A DNA stretch of 64,000 nt from Spirochaetia bacterium (GTDB taxonomy: Bacteria; Spirochaetota; Spirochaetia; UBA9216). Below the pieces are notes generated by a model. The model was not told the DNA's origin. It saw only the letters and a list, made by a program, of their open reading frames with translations, and ran no database searches. Position numbers and translations under genes: made by a program. The stretch spans positions 1,792,001-1,856,000 of the forward strand of contig CAXXYH010000004.1 in the NCBI GenBank assembly GCA_963677925.2. Reading direction: 5' to 3'. Numbering within the stretch: the stretch's first letter is position 1; every line of letters begins with the position of its first letter. Below are positions 40,919 through 50,078 of this stretch, one piece after another.

Positions 40919-43900
40919 ATGTTATTCTCAATCGGTAACATAATCACAATACTTATAGTATTGACTATACTTGCGCTTTACAGGCAATTCGACAGAAATA
41001 ACAGATCTCTTGACAAGATAAGAAGATATGCTGAAAAGGTAACTTCAGATCTCGATTCCTTTGTGGATTCAAAGACTCAGGATATGAAAAACCTTGCAAT
41101 AGAGATAGATGTTCATCAGAAGGCTGGAAAGGAAGTGCTGAAGCGGATCACTGCTGTTGAAGACGGTTTCAGTGATAAAGCCCGTACAATCGACGAAATA
41201 AACAACAGAATTAATGAATACGACAAGGTTCTTAACCAGCTGATCGGAATGACCGGAAAGGTTGATGAAAACCTGCAGCGGCTTCATCAGGAATCTGAAT
41301 TTGTTGATAAGGTTGGAAAAAGGCTGAAAGATGCCCAGATCAGGGTCAGTCAGCTTGAAAAAAATATTCCGGAACTAAACAGTAAATTCGCTGTGGAAAA
41401 TGAAAAATCTCTTGAGCAGCTCCGCATTGAAGTAATGTCAGGAGTTGAACGTCAGATTTCAGCAATAATGGATAATGTTGAACGCAGCTCGGACCGTGTT
41501 GATGAGTTCAGCTCTTATATGACTGATCTTGAAAACCGCAGGGATAATGCCGCCGACGAGGTGATGAGTCAGGTTAATATGAAGCTTGACAAAGTGCTAT
41601 CCGACACCGATGAACAGGCTAAGACCATCATGCATGATTTTTCTTCTGCTCTTGAAGGGTATATTGAATCGGCAGATAAAAAGAAAAGTGATATCAATCA
41701 TCAGCTGGAAGCTTCAGAGCAGAAATTCAGAACTCATATCGACCAGATTGGGGAACTGCTGAATAATAAACTTGTTGATTTTAAGGATAATGTTAATTCT
41801 CTTGAAGAAGAGTACCAGAAAAACCTCAAGGACGCTGCGGAGAAGGCCAAGAAGCTCGAGGATGATGTATTTATCAGTCTTAAATCCTACATCGATTCAA
41901 AGGCCAATGATGCAAGAAAGGATATTACTGCCTCTCTTGAGTCTATTAAAAAAGAAACTGTTGTATATAAGAATCATATTGAGTCTTCATTCGGAGAAGG
42001 GCAGTCTCAGATTGCAGTATGGAAGGCTAAACTTAAGAAAGAATTTGATGATAGTGCAGAGGCGGCGTCACAGCAGTTTAATTCATTTAAAACTGCTATT
42101 GAAGCTCAGATCCAGGAGCTTCTTGCCAAAGATCAGGATATGTCTGATGAAGTCAATTCCCGCTATGAGAAAATGGCTCAGGGGATTGAAAATACAGCAG
42201 CTTCCTACAGGCAGTCGCTTGATAGCAGGCTGGAAGAGGTCAGAACCGGTTTTCTCGCATCAGTTGATGACAGCAGTGCAGAATTGAATCGTAAATTCAA
42301 CGGCAGAATGGATGAACTTATCTCTCTCGTAGGAGAAAAGGAAAAGCAGCTTACTGATTTTGAGGAATCTCTTGCTTATAAACTTTCCAGGATAGAGGAT
42401 GTAACATCTGATATCGATACACTTGAACAGAACCTCAAGCTGATGGTTGATAAATCTGTGGATGCGGTAAATGAGAACTTTACCGGCATACAGCAGCAGA
42501 TGGAGTCTTTCTGGAGCGGCAGCGAGCGTGAAATTAAGGATCAGGTTGCTCAGACCAGAGAAGTAATAAATGCACTTGAACAGGAAATAAACGAGCTTAA
42601 GACCCGTGCCTACGACAATGTTTCCGCCGGTCTGCGTGAATTTGAAGACGGCTTTTTTGATGATCTCCGTCAGCGAAGCAGCCAGATGACCACTCAGTTT
42701 ACCGAATGGCAGGAGTCTATCAACGAAAAACTCAAAACTCTGGCACAGGAACATTCTGAGGCACGCTCATCCATGGAAGCTGAGTATATCGAAGAGCTTG
42801 CTGCAGGAGTAGCCGGTCTTCGTGAGAGTACTGCTGAGCGGTTCCGGGGCTATGAGCATCAGCTTTCAGAATACGCTGATACTATCAGTGCAAAGATGGG
42901 ATCTGTGGACGAGCTTGTTGAGCGCTCAAAAGCTGACATCCAGAATCAGATGGAAAGCGGCCGACGAGACTCTGAAGCCCTTATTGCGGCCGAGATGGAC
43001 AAGGTTCGCGACTCACTTAATGAAGGCATGAACCGTGTAAGACGGGAGGCAGAAGAAAGCCTGAGCGGAGTTGAAGCAGCAATGGCTGCAGAGACTGAAA
43101 AACTCAGTGAGTCTGTTGAAGCCCGGAAGGCAGAACTTGAGTTGTGGCAGTCAAGACTGCTGCGGCAGATTCAGGATATAGAGAATGGTATTCTCGAGCA
43201 GTATGCCGGTATGCGTTCTGAATCATCTGAGCGGATCTCTGAAATCCGAGAGGCTCTTTCGACTCAAAGAGATGAGTTTGATAATGTTTCAGCGGACATT
43301 CAGAAACGCAGCCGTGATTTCCAGAATGAGCTTGAACAGCAGATGAGAACTTTTGAGGAAAGATCTTCTGAAATAAGTGAGAATTTTACCCTTGCTACCA
43401 AGCGGATGTATGAAAAGATAGATGAGCAGACAAGAGAACTGTCCTTCACTGTGGCCGAAATTGATAAACAGCAGAAAAGCTTTATTGCGCAGACAAAAAT
43501 ATTTGAGCGTGCTGATTCGATGAAGGAATCGCTGGAAGGCGGCATTGATGCTCTGAAGGATGAAATCCTCCGTGTAACAAACCAGGCTCAGGAAATAAGG
43601 GAAGCTGAGAAGAAATTTGCACTTATTAAAAAGCAGGCTGATGATATTTCGGCTAAAATGGCCAAATTTGCTGCTGATAAGCGTAAAATTGAGGAACTGG
43701 ATGAAGATTTTACAAAACTCCTTTCAATTAGTCAGTCGGTTGACTCAAAACTTGCACAGGTTACTACTGCCGATGATTCGCTTCAGCTTATTCAGGCTAA
43801 ACTGAAGGATCTTGACGGTCTGCAGTCAGAAGTTGAGGGCCGTTATGAGCGGCTTAAAAAGAAGGAATCTATCGTTGATTCAACTATCGACGGTGTTGAC

Positions 43901-44368
43901 AGAAGTTTCAAGCAGCTTAATGAGCTGGACCATCTTATAAGTGTTATTCAGGAAAAGAGTTCGCCTATGTCGTCAAGACTGGATGAACTTACCCGACGGA
44001 TTGATTTTCTTTCAAAGAACAAGAAGCAGATTGATACTGCCATAGAGCAGATTGAAGGTATAGATACTGTTATTTCCGATCTTGAAGACAGAATGGACCG
44101 CATGCAGAAGGCTAGAGAATGGCTTGCCGGAATCGAGACCAGGCTTGAGGATGTAAACAAGCAGGCTCAGGACCAGGTAAGGCTTCTGGGCACTCTTGTG
44201 AAAGATTCTGCTTCAAAAACACGCGGAGGAGGGGCTCCTCCCATGGAAATCAGGGATGTAGTTATAAAACTTGCGCATCAGGGCTGGACTGTAGAGCAGA
44301 TTGCACGTTCTACCAAGCTTGCCAGGGGAGAAGTTGAACTCATTCTTGAACTTCAGCCCAAAAAATAG
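40919..44368 (+). CDS. membrane-anchored long coiled-coil protein of spirochaete type with C-terminal HTH-like segment
   Basis: N-terminal TM then DRNNRSLDKIRRY, about 1050 aa heptad-rich, ends VIKLAHQGWTVEQIARSTKLARGEVELILEL. Confidence 0.8.
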   Translation: MLFSIGNIITILIVLTILALYRQFDRNNRSLDKIRRYAEKVTSDLDSFVDSKTQDMKNLAIEIDVHQKAGKEVLKRITAVEDGFSDKARTIDEINNRINEYDKVLNQLIGMTGKVDENLQRLHQESEFVDKVGKRLKDAQIRVSQLEKNIPELNSKFAVENEKSLEQLRIEVMSGVERQISAIMDNVERSSDRVDEFSSYMTDLENRRDNAADEVMSQVNMKLDKVLSDTDEQAKTIMHDFSSALEGYIESADKKKSDINHQLEASEQKFRTHIDQIGELLNNKLVDFKDNVNSLEEEYQKNLKDAAEKAKKLEDDVFISLKSYIDSKANDARKDITASLESIKKETVVYKNHIESSFGEGQSQIAVWKAKLKKEFDDSAEAASQQFNSFKTAIEAQIQELLAKDQDMSDEVNSRYEKMAQGIENTAASYRQSLDSRLEEVRTGFLASVDDSSAELNRKFNGRMDELISLVGEKEKQLTDFEESLAYKLSRIEDVTSDIDTLEQNLKLMVDKSVDAVNENFTGIQQQMESFWSGSEREIKDQVAQTREVINALEQEINELKTRAYDNVSAGLREFEDGFFDDLRQRSSQMTTQFTEWQESINEKLKTLAQEHSEARSSMEAEYIEELAAGVAGLRESTAERFRGYEHQLSEYADTISAKMGSVDELVERSKADIQNQMESGRRDSEALIAAEMDKVRDSLNEGMNRVRREAEESLSGVEAAMAAETEKLSESVEARKAELELWQSRLLRQIQDIENGILEQYAGMRSESSERISEIREALSTQRDEFDNVSADIQKRSRDFQNELEQQMRTFEERSSEISENFTLATKRMYEKIDEQTRELSFTVAEIDKQQKSFIAQTKIFERADSMKESLEGGIDALKDEILRVTNQAQEIREAEKKFALIKKQADDISAKMAKFAADKRKIEELDEDFTKLLSISQSVDSKLAQVTTADDSLQLIQAKLKDLDGLQSEVEGRYERLKKKESIVDSTIDGVDRSFKQLNELDHLISVIQEKSSPMSSRLDELTRRIDFLSKNKKQIDTAIEQIEGIDTVISDLEDRMDRMQKAREWLAGIETRLEDVNKQAQDQVRLLGTLVKDSASKTRGGGAPPMEIRDVVIKLAHQGWTVEQIARSTKLARGEVELILELQPKK

Positions 44369-44397
44369 TTGACGCCTACATTCGGTATTATTATTTT
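44369..44397 (+). promoter_or_regulatory. sigma70 promoter candidate for grpE-dnaK-dnaJ
   Basis: TTGACG(44369-74), 17 nt, TATTTT(44392-97). Confidence 0.5.
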
Positions 44398-44479
44398 ATA
44401 GACAAGGATTTGCTAATTTAATGAGAATCTCTATCAGAAACTGACAGGGGTTCTCTATATGTACGGTTAGAGGATATAT

Positions 44480-45142
44480 ATGGCGGAAAAGAGTGAACAG
44501 GCAGAGGCTGAGAAAGAGGTAAAGGAAGAAACTACTGCAGCCGATGCGGATGTGACTACGGCCGGTACAGAGGGACCGGAATCAGCATCAGAAGAAGTAA
44601 AGTCTGGTGATGATAAGAAAAGCGCTTCTAAATCAAAAAAGAAGCATGATAAGGAATTAGAAGAGCTGAAAGCGGCTAATGAGAAGCTGGATGCCGACCT
44701 TGCGGAGTTAAAAGACCAGTATCTGCGAAAGCAGGCTGATTTTGATAATTTTCGCAAAAGAATGATCCGTGATAAGGAAGATTCGATTCGTTATGCCAAT
44801 TCACAGCTGCTGATGGATCTCATCTCGGTTATTGATGATTTTGAAAGGGCTTTGCAGTCCGGGAAAGAATCTGAAGATTTTGAAAAACTGTACAGCGGTA
44901 TTGAAATCATTGAAAAACAGATGGTCGGAATGCTCGAATCGAACTGGGGCCTGAAACGCTTCGACAGTGCCGGTGAGGAGTTTAATCCTGAAAGGCATGA
45001 GGCCCTTATGATGGAAGAGAACGGTGATTATGATACTCAGACTGTTCTTGAAGACTATATGAAAGGATACACCCTTCATGACCGTGTTGTACGGCATGCT
45101 AAGGTTAAGGTTAGTAAACCTGTTGAAAAACAAACTGAATAA
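44480..45142 (+). CDS. grpE: nucleotide exchange factor GrpE
   Basis: LRKQADFDNFRKR, VIDDFERAL, FNPERHEAL, KGYTLHDRVVRHAKVKV. Confidence 0.97.
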   Translation: MAEKSEQAEAEKEVKEETTAADADVTTAGTEGPESASEEVKSGDDKKSASKSKKKHDKELEELKAANEKLDADLAELKDQYLRKQADFDNFRKRMIRDKEDSIRYANSQLLMDLISVIDDFERALQSGKESEDFEKLYSGIEIIEKQMVGMLESNWGLKRFDSAGEEFNPERHEALMMEENGDYDTQTVLEDYMKGYTLHDRVVRHAKVKVSKPVEKQTE

Positions 45143-45170
45143 GAAAAGCACCTAAAAAGGAGATAATAAT

Positions 45171-47105
45171 ATGGGAAGAATAATCGGAATAGACCTTGGA
45201 ACAACCAATTCATGTGTTGCAGTAATGGAAGGCGGTGAGCCTGTAGTAATTCAGAACTCAGAAGGTCAGAGGACAACCCCCTCAATTGTAGCTTTCACCG
45301 ATAAGGAAGAAAGACTTGTTGGTCAGCCGGCGAAAAACCAGATGGTTACAAACCCTGAAAATACTATTTACTCTATTAAGCGGTTTATGGGAAGAAAATA
45401 TTCAGAGGTTCCTTCTGAAGTTAAAATGATTCCATATAATCTCGTCGAGGGATCAAGCGGCGAGATTCGTGTTGACTCAAGAGGTAAACATTATTCACCG
45501 CCGGAGATTTCTGCTGCAATTCTTCAGAAGATGAAGAAAACAGCTGAAGACTACCTTGGTGAAACTGTAAGTGAAGCTGTTATCACTGTTCCTGCATATT
45601 TCAATGATGCACAGAGACAGGCTACAAAGGATGCCGGTAAAATTGCAGGCCTTGAGGTTAAGAGAATCGTTAACGAGCCTACTGCTGCTTCACTTGCATA
45701 TGGTCTTGGACGTGAAACCAAAGATGAAAAAATAGCTGTATACGACCTTGGCGGCGGTACTTTTGATATTTCAATTCTTGAACTTGGTGACGGTGTTTTT
45801 GAAGTTAAATCAACCAATGGTGATACACATCTCGGAGGTGATAACTTCGACCAGGCAGTTATTGACTGGCTGATTGATTCTTTCAAAAAAGATCAGTCAA
45901 TTGACCTTTCAAAGGATAAAATGGCTCTTCAGAGACTTAAAGAGGCTGCTGAAAAGGCTAAAATTGAGCTTTCTTCAAGACAGAGTACAGATATCAACCT
46001 TCCGTTCATTACAGCGGATGCATCAGGACCCAAACATCTTCAGTACAATCTGTCCAGAGCACAGTTTGATCAGATGACTTTATCACTTGTTGAAAGAACA
46101 AAGCAGCCATGTATCAATGCAATCAAGGATGCAGGACTTTCAGCATCTGAAGTTGATGAAGTTATCCTTGTAGGCGGTTCTACACGTATCCCTGCAGTTC
46201 AGGAAATGGTTAAACAGATTTTCGGGAAAGAACCTAACAGGGGAGTTAATCCTGATGAAGTTGTAGCAATGGGTGCTGCAATTCAGGGCGGTATTCTCGG
46301 CGGTGATGTTAAAGATGTTCTTCTTCTTGATGTTACCCCGCTTTCACTTGGTATTGAAACTCTTGGCGGAGTCTCAACAAAGCTCATTGAAAGAAATACT
46401 ACTATTCCTACTAGAAAGAGCCAGATTTTCTCAACAGCCGCAGATAATCAGACTGCAGTATCAATACATGTACTTCAGGGTGAGCGTGAAATGGCTGCGC
46501 AGAACAGAACTCTCGGCAAGTTTGACCTGGTAGGTATTCCATCAGCTCCAAGAGGTGTTCCTCAGATTGAAGTTGCTTTTGATATTGACGCTAACGGTAT
46601 TGTACACGTATCTGCAAAGGATCTTGGAACCGGTAAAGAGCAGAAGATTAGAATTGAATCTTCATCAGGACTCTCAGAGGCTGAAATTGAGAAAATGGTT
46701 AAGGATGCTGAGCTGAATGCGGAAGCGGACAGAAAAGAGAAAGAAAAAGCTGAAGTCAAAAATGAAGCTGAGACACTCGTTTATTCAACAGAGAAATCAT
46801 TGAAGGATTACGGTGACAAGGTAACAGATGAGGATAAAGCTAATATTGAAAAATCTCTTGAAGATCTTAAAGCAGCTCTTTCATCCGGTGATGTTGAGCA
46901 GATGAAAGAAAAGGTTGAAGCCCTTAAAACTGCATCACATAAACTTGCTGAAGAGATTTATAAGGCTGCAGGTGCTCAGGCCCAGCAGGGTGAGGCTGCC
47001 CCGGGCGCAGAAGCAGGTGCTCAGCCGGAGCAGGAAGAGGCTCCCAAGAGCGGCAGTGTAGATGATGTAGATTTTGAAGTTGTAGATGATGAGGATAACA
47101 AATAA
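45171..47105 (+). CDS. dnaK: chaperone DnaK
   Basis: [32 protein letters not shown]. Confidence 0.99.
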   Translation: MGRIIGIDLGTTNSCVAVMEGGEPVVIQNSEGQRTTPSIVAFTDKEERLVGQPAKNQMVTNPENTIYSIKRFMGRKYSEVPSEVKMIPYNLVEGSSGEIRVDSRGKHYSPPEISAAILQKMKKTAEDYLGETVSEAVITVPAYFNDAQRQATKDAGKIAGLEVKRIVNEPTAASLAYGLGRETKDEKIAVYDLGGGTFDISILELGDGVFEVKSTNGDTHLGGDNFDQAVIDWLIDSFKKDQSIDLSKDKMALQRLKEAAEKAKIELSSRQSTDINLPFITADASGPKHLQYNLSRAQFDQMTLSLVERTKQPCINAIKDAGLSASEVDEVILVGGSTRIPAVQEMVKQIFGKEPNRGVNPDEVVAMGAAIQGGILGGDVKDVLLLDVTPLSLGIETLGGVSTKLIERNTTIPTRKSQIFSTAADNQTAVSIHVLQGEREMAAQNRTLGKFDLVGIPSAPRGVPQIEVAFDIDANGIVHVSAKDLGTGKEQKIRIESSSGLSEAEIEKMVKDAELNAEADRKEKEKAEVKNEAETLVYSTEKSLKDYGDKVTDEDKANIEKSLEDLKAALSSGDVEQMKEKVEALKTASHKLAEEIYKAAGAQAQQGEAAPGAEAGAQPEQEEAPKSGSVDDVDFEVVDDEDNK

Positions 47106-47139
47106 AAATTTTACTTCAGAAACTATATATTCAAATATC

Positions 47140-47171
47140 AAGCGCAAACCCCGTTTCGGGGATTTGCGCTT
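47140..47171 (+). terminator. stable hairpin between dnaK and dnaJ (partial terminator or stabiliser)
   Basis: AAGCGCAAA-CCCCG-ttt-CGGGG-a-TTTGCGCTT; short U-tail only. Confidence 0.6.
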
Positions 47172-47219
47172 TACTGCAATATGAGCTAGAACAATCAGCA
47201 TCAGTACAGGGTTAGTAAT

Positions 47220-48344
47220 TTGGCAAAGAGAGATTATTATGAGGTTCTTGGAGTAGACAAGAGCTCAAGTAAAGATGAAATTAAAAAGGCATACAGAAAG
47301 CTTGCAATACAGTTTCATCCTGATAAAAATGCAGGAAATGCAGAAGCTGAGGAGAAATTCAAGGAAGCAACCGAAGCCTATGAAGTTCTGAGTGATGACA
47401 AGAAAAAGGCAGCTTATGACCAGTTCGGGTTTGCCGGTGTTGACGGAGTTAACAGTCCCGGAGGCGGTCATGACTACTCCACAGTTTTCCATGATTTTGA
47501 AGATATTTTCGGCGGAATGGGAGGTATCTTTGATTCCTTCTTCGGCGGAGGCGGCAGAAGCCGCAGCGGTGGAGGCGGTGTGCCCAGGGGATCAGATCTC
47601 AGGTATAATCTCGAAATATCTTTCAAGGATGCTGTGTTCGGTACAAATGTTGAAATCAGTTATACAAGGGATGTTGCCTGTAAGACCTGCAGCGGTTCAG
47701 GTGCGGCAGCAGGAACCGGCAGAAAAGTATGTCCAACCTGCGGCGGAACCGGTCAGGTTCGGCGAAACTCCGGTTTCTTTTCTATCGCTTCTCCATGTCA
47801 CACATGCGGCGGTGAAGGACATATTATCGAAAATCCCTGTACTGCATGTCACGGCAGCGGTCTTTCCAGAAAGACTCAGAAGATAAAGGTTACCATACCG
47901 GCTGGAATCGAAAACGGAAAACGGATATCAATTCCGGGGCAGGGTGATGCTGCTCCTAATGGCGGAAGAACAGGTGACCTCTATGTTTATATAAAGATCA
48001 AGCCTCATAAGTACTTTGAGAGGGATGCAAACAACGTTTACTGTGCACTCCCGATTACATTTACTCAGGCAGCTCTTGGCGCTGAAGTTTTTGTTAAAAA
48101 TCTCGAAGAAAAGAGGATTAAACTGAAAATCCCTGCAGGAACACAGACAGGAAAAATGCTCAGGCTTAAGAATGAAGGTATACCATACGTTCAGAATAAA
48201 AGCAGGAAGGGTGATATGTATATAAAAATAATTGTACAAACCCCTGCCAAGCTTAGTTCCCAGGCAAAGGATATTCTTAAACAGTTTGCGTCTGTCCAGG
48301 GCGAAGATTCTAGTCCGGAACCGATAGCTCTCTCAGATTTATAA
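47220..48344 (+). CDS. dnaJ: chaperone DnaJ
   Basis: J domain HPD, G/F region, four CxxCxGxG; TTG start. Confidence 0.98.
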   Translation: MAKRDYYEVLGVDKSSSKDEIKKAYRKLAIQFHPDKNAGNAEAEEKFKEATEAYEVLSDDKKKAAYDQFGFAGVDGVNSPGGGHDYSTVFHDFEDIFGGMGGIFDSFFGGGGRSRSGGGGVPRGSDLRYNLEISFKDAVFGTNVEISYTRDVACKTCSGSGAAAGTGRKVCPTCGGTGQVRRNSGFFSIASPCHTCGGEGHIIENPCTACHGSGLSRKTQKIKVTIPAGIENGKRISIPGQGDAAPNGGRTGDLYVYIKIKPHKYFERDANNVYCALPITFTQAALGAEVFVKNLEEKRIKLKIPAGTQTGKMLRLKNEGIPYVQNKSRKGDMYIKIIVQTPAKLSSQAKDILKQFASVQGEDSSPEPIALSDL

Positions 48345-48355
48345 GACAATCAAAG

Positions 48356-48383
48356 TAACGATAATAAGCCGAAAAGCCGATAA
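48356..48383 (+). promoter_or_regulatory. sigma28-like promoter candidate
   Basis: TAAC(48356-59), 16 nt, GCCGATAA(48376-83), 7 nt before ATG 48391. Confidence 0.45.
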
Positions 48384-48390
48384 TTGTAGG

Positions 48391-48813
48391 ATGAAAACAA
48401 TTTCTTTTCTTACTGCAGTTATGCTGCTTTTTTCGGCGTTCAGCGGCTTCGCCTCGGTCATGGAAGATGACCTTAATAATGACGGTATCACGGATAAGTG
48501 GGTTGAAAGCGAGTCCGGACTGATATCATCAGTTAAGATCGATAGGGACTATAACGGACTTGTAGATTATATGGTCAGCTACGATGAAAATCAGAAGAAG
48601 ATTTATGAAGAAATGGATTTTAATTCTGATGGTGAAATGGATGATTTCTACTATTACAGTGGCGGCAAAATGACCCGAAGAGAAATAGATTCAAACTATG
48701 ACGGAAAAGTCGATATCTGGGTATTTCTTGATGGTATTTATATCCAGCGGTATGAAAAAGATACTGACTTTGATGGTGTAGTTGATGTAAAGAAAGACTT
48801 CGTAGAGGAATAG
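48391..48813 (+). CDS. exported protein with five DxNxDG-type (EF-hand-like, Ca-binding) repeats
   Basis: Signal peptide; DLNNDGITD, DRDYNGLVD, DFNSDGEMD, DSNYDGKVD, DTDFDGVVD at about 22-24 aa spacing. Confidence 0.7.
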   Translation: MKTISFLTAVMLLFSAFSGFASVMEDDLNNDGITDKWVESESGLISSVKIDRDYNGLVDYMVSYDENQKKIYEEMDFNSDGEMDDFYYYSGGKMTRREIDSNYDGKVDIWVFLDGIYIQRYEKDTDFDGVVDVKKDFVEE

Positions 48814-48815
48814 GA

Positions 48816-49589
48816 TTGGAAAGAGTTATTACAGGCCTGCATGGAATAGAGGAAGCGCTCAGGGCAGGGAAAAACAAAGGTGTCCTCTATGTTTCAAGAA
48901 AAAACAGCCGAATAAATTCTATTATACACAATGCGGGAAGCAGGATAAGAGTTGAAAACCTTTCTCCATCTGATATGAACAGGCGTTTTGGTGAAGATAA
49001 CAGAGGGGTCGTACTTGAACTTTACACCTCTGCCGGTGAAACTGCTTCATTTGGAAAGGGCCGTTCAGAGGGTAAGTCCGGCAGGCATGGTGGAGTTGAG
49101 CAGCCTTTTGAAGATGTAATTGACCATATTGCATCAGATAATGCACTTGTTGTTATTCTTGACGGAATTACGGATCCTCATAATTATGGTGCAATTCTCA
49201 GAAGCTCCGATCAGTTCAGCGTCGATCTTGTAGTTATTCCATCCAGACGCTCAGTTTCAGAAACAGATACCGTCGCAAAAACTTCTGCCGGGGCGGTTAA
49301 TTATGTTCCGGTAAGTGTAGTTACAAATCTTTCACGTTCAATAGATTATCTTAAAGAGCATGGATTCTGGGTTTACGGCGCGGATATGGCTACTCAGAGC
49401 ATAGATAAGACTGATTTTAAAGGCAAAGTTGCTATAGTTATGGGCAGTGAAGGCAAGGGGATATCACGGCTCTGTGCTGATAAATGTGATGCTCTTGTAA
49501 GTATTCCAGCCTCAGGAAAAATTGATTCGCTGAATGTTTCGGTGGCGGCTGGAATTATCATGTACGAGGTCAGAAGGCAGCAGGCTTAA
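48816..49589 (+). CDS. rlmB: 23S rRNA G2251 2'-O-methyltransferase (TrmH/SpoU family)
   Basis: LDGITDPHNYGAILRS, MGSEGKG, SLNVSVAAGI. Confidence 0.9.
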   Translation: MERVITGLHGIEEALRAGKNKGVLYVSRKNSRINSIIHNAGSRIRVENLSPSDMNRRFGEDNRGVVLELYTSAGETASFGKGRSEGKSGRHGGVEQPFEDVIDHIASDNALVVILDGITDPHNYGAILRSSDQFSVDLVVIPSRRSVSETDTVAKTSAGAVNYVPVSVVTNLSRSIDYLKEHGFWVYGADMATQSIDKTDFKGKVAIVMGSEGKGISRLCADKCDALVSIPASGKIDSLNVSVAAGIIMYEVRRQQA

Positions 49590-49607
49590 CCTTCGATTTT
49601 TTACTGT

Positions 49608-49643
49608 AAAAAAGGCTGACGCGAAATAATCCGCAGTCAGCCT
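49608..49643 (-). terminator. intrinsic terminator of the pur operon (convergent with rlmB)
   Basis: AGGCTGAC-GCG...CGC-a-GTCAGCCT with an A6 tract on the left, i.e. a U-tract on the minus strand. Confidence 0.75.
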
Positions 49644-49665
49644 GTAATATCAATATAAATAATAA

Positions 49666-50064
49666 TCAGCAGTTAATCATTCTCTCTGCCAGATGCACAG
49701 AGTTGAGTACTCCCTGTTTGCCGATTCCCATTGTTGCGCAAGGAATTCCCTTGGGCAGCTGGAGTATGGAAAGGAGGGCATCAATACCTGACAGCTCTCC
49801 TGAAACTAGAGGGATACCGATTACCGGCTTTTTTACCATCGCTGCAACAACTCCGGGAAGTGCAGCTGATAGACCGGCCGCAGTTATAATTACCCTGTAA
49901 TTTCCTTCTTCTTTTTCGAGAAATGCTGTGAGTTCAGGAAGGTTCCTGTGGGCAGAATAAACAACTAAATCATAGCTGAGGCCCTTTTCTGCTGCAAGTG
50001 CAGTTCCGTGCTCAATCTGTGATTTATCAGATTCTGAACCTATAATGAATAAAAGATCTTTCAT
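49666..50064 (-). CDS. purE: AIR carboxylase / N5-CAIR mutase, short form
   Basis: GSESD, SAHR, AGLSAALPGVVA, PVIGIP, QLPKGIP. Confidence 0.92.
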   Translation of the reverse strand: MKDLLFIIGSESDKSQIEHGTALAAEKGLSYDLVVYSAHRNLPELTAFLEKEEGNYRVIITAAGLSAALPGVVAAMVKKPVIGIPLVSGELSGIDALLSILQLPKGIPCATMGIGKQGVLNSVHLAERMINC

Positions 50065-50078
50065 TGCTAAACTCCTGA

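Noticed and set aside
40919-44368. SMC or methyl-accepting chemotaxis protein
   Set aside because: No Walker A/B or hinge, and no MCP signalling hairpin motif
44390-44416. CIRCE operator before grpE
   Set aside because: Only a TGCTAA fragment of the right arm; the left arm does not match TTAGCACTC
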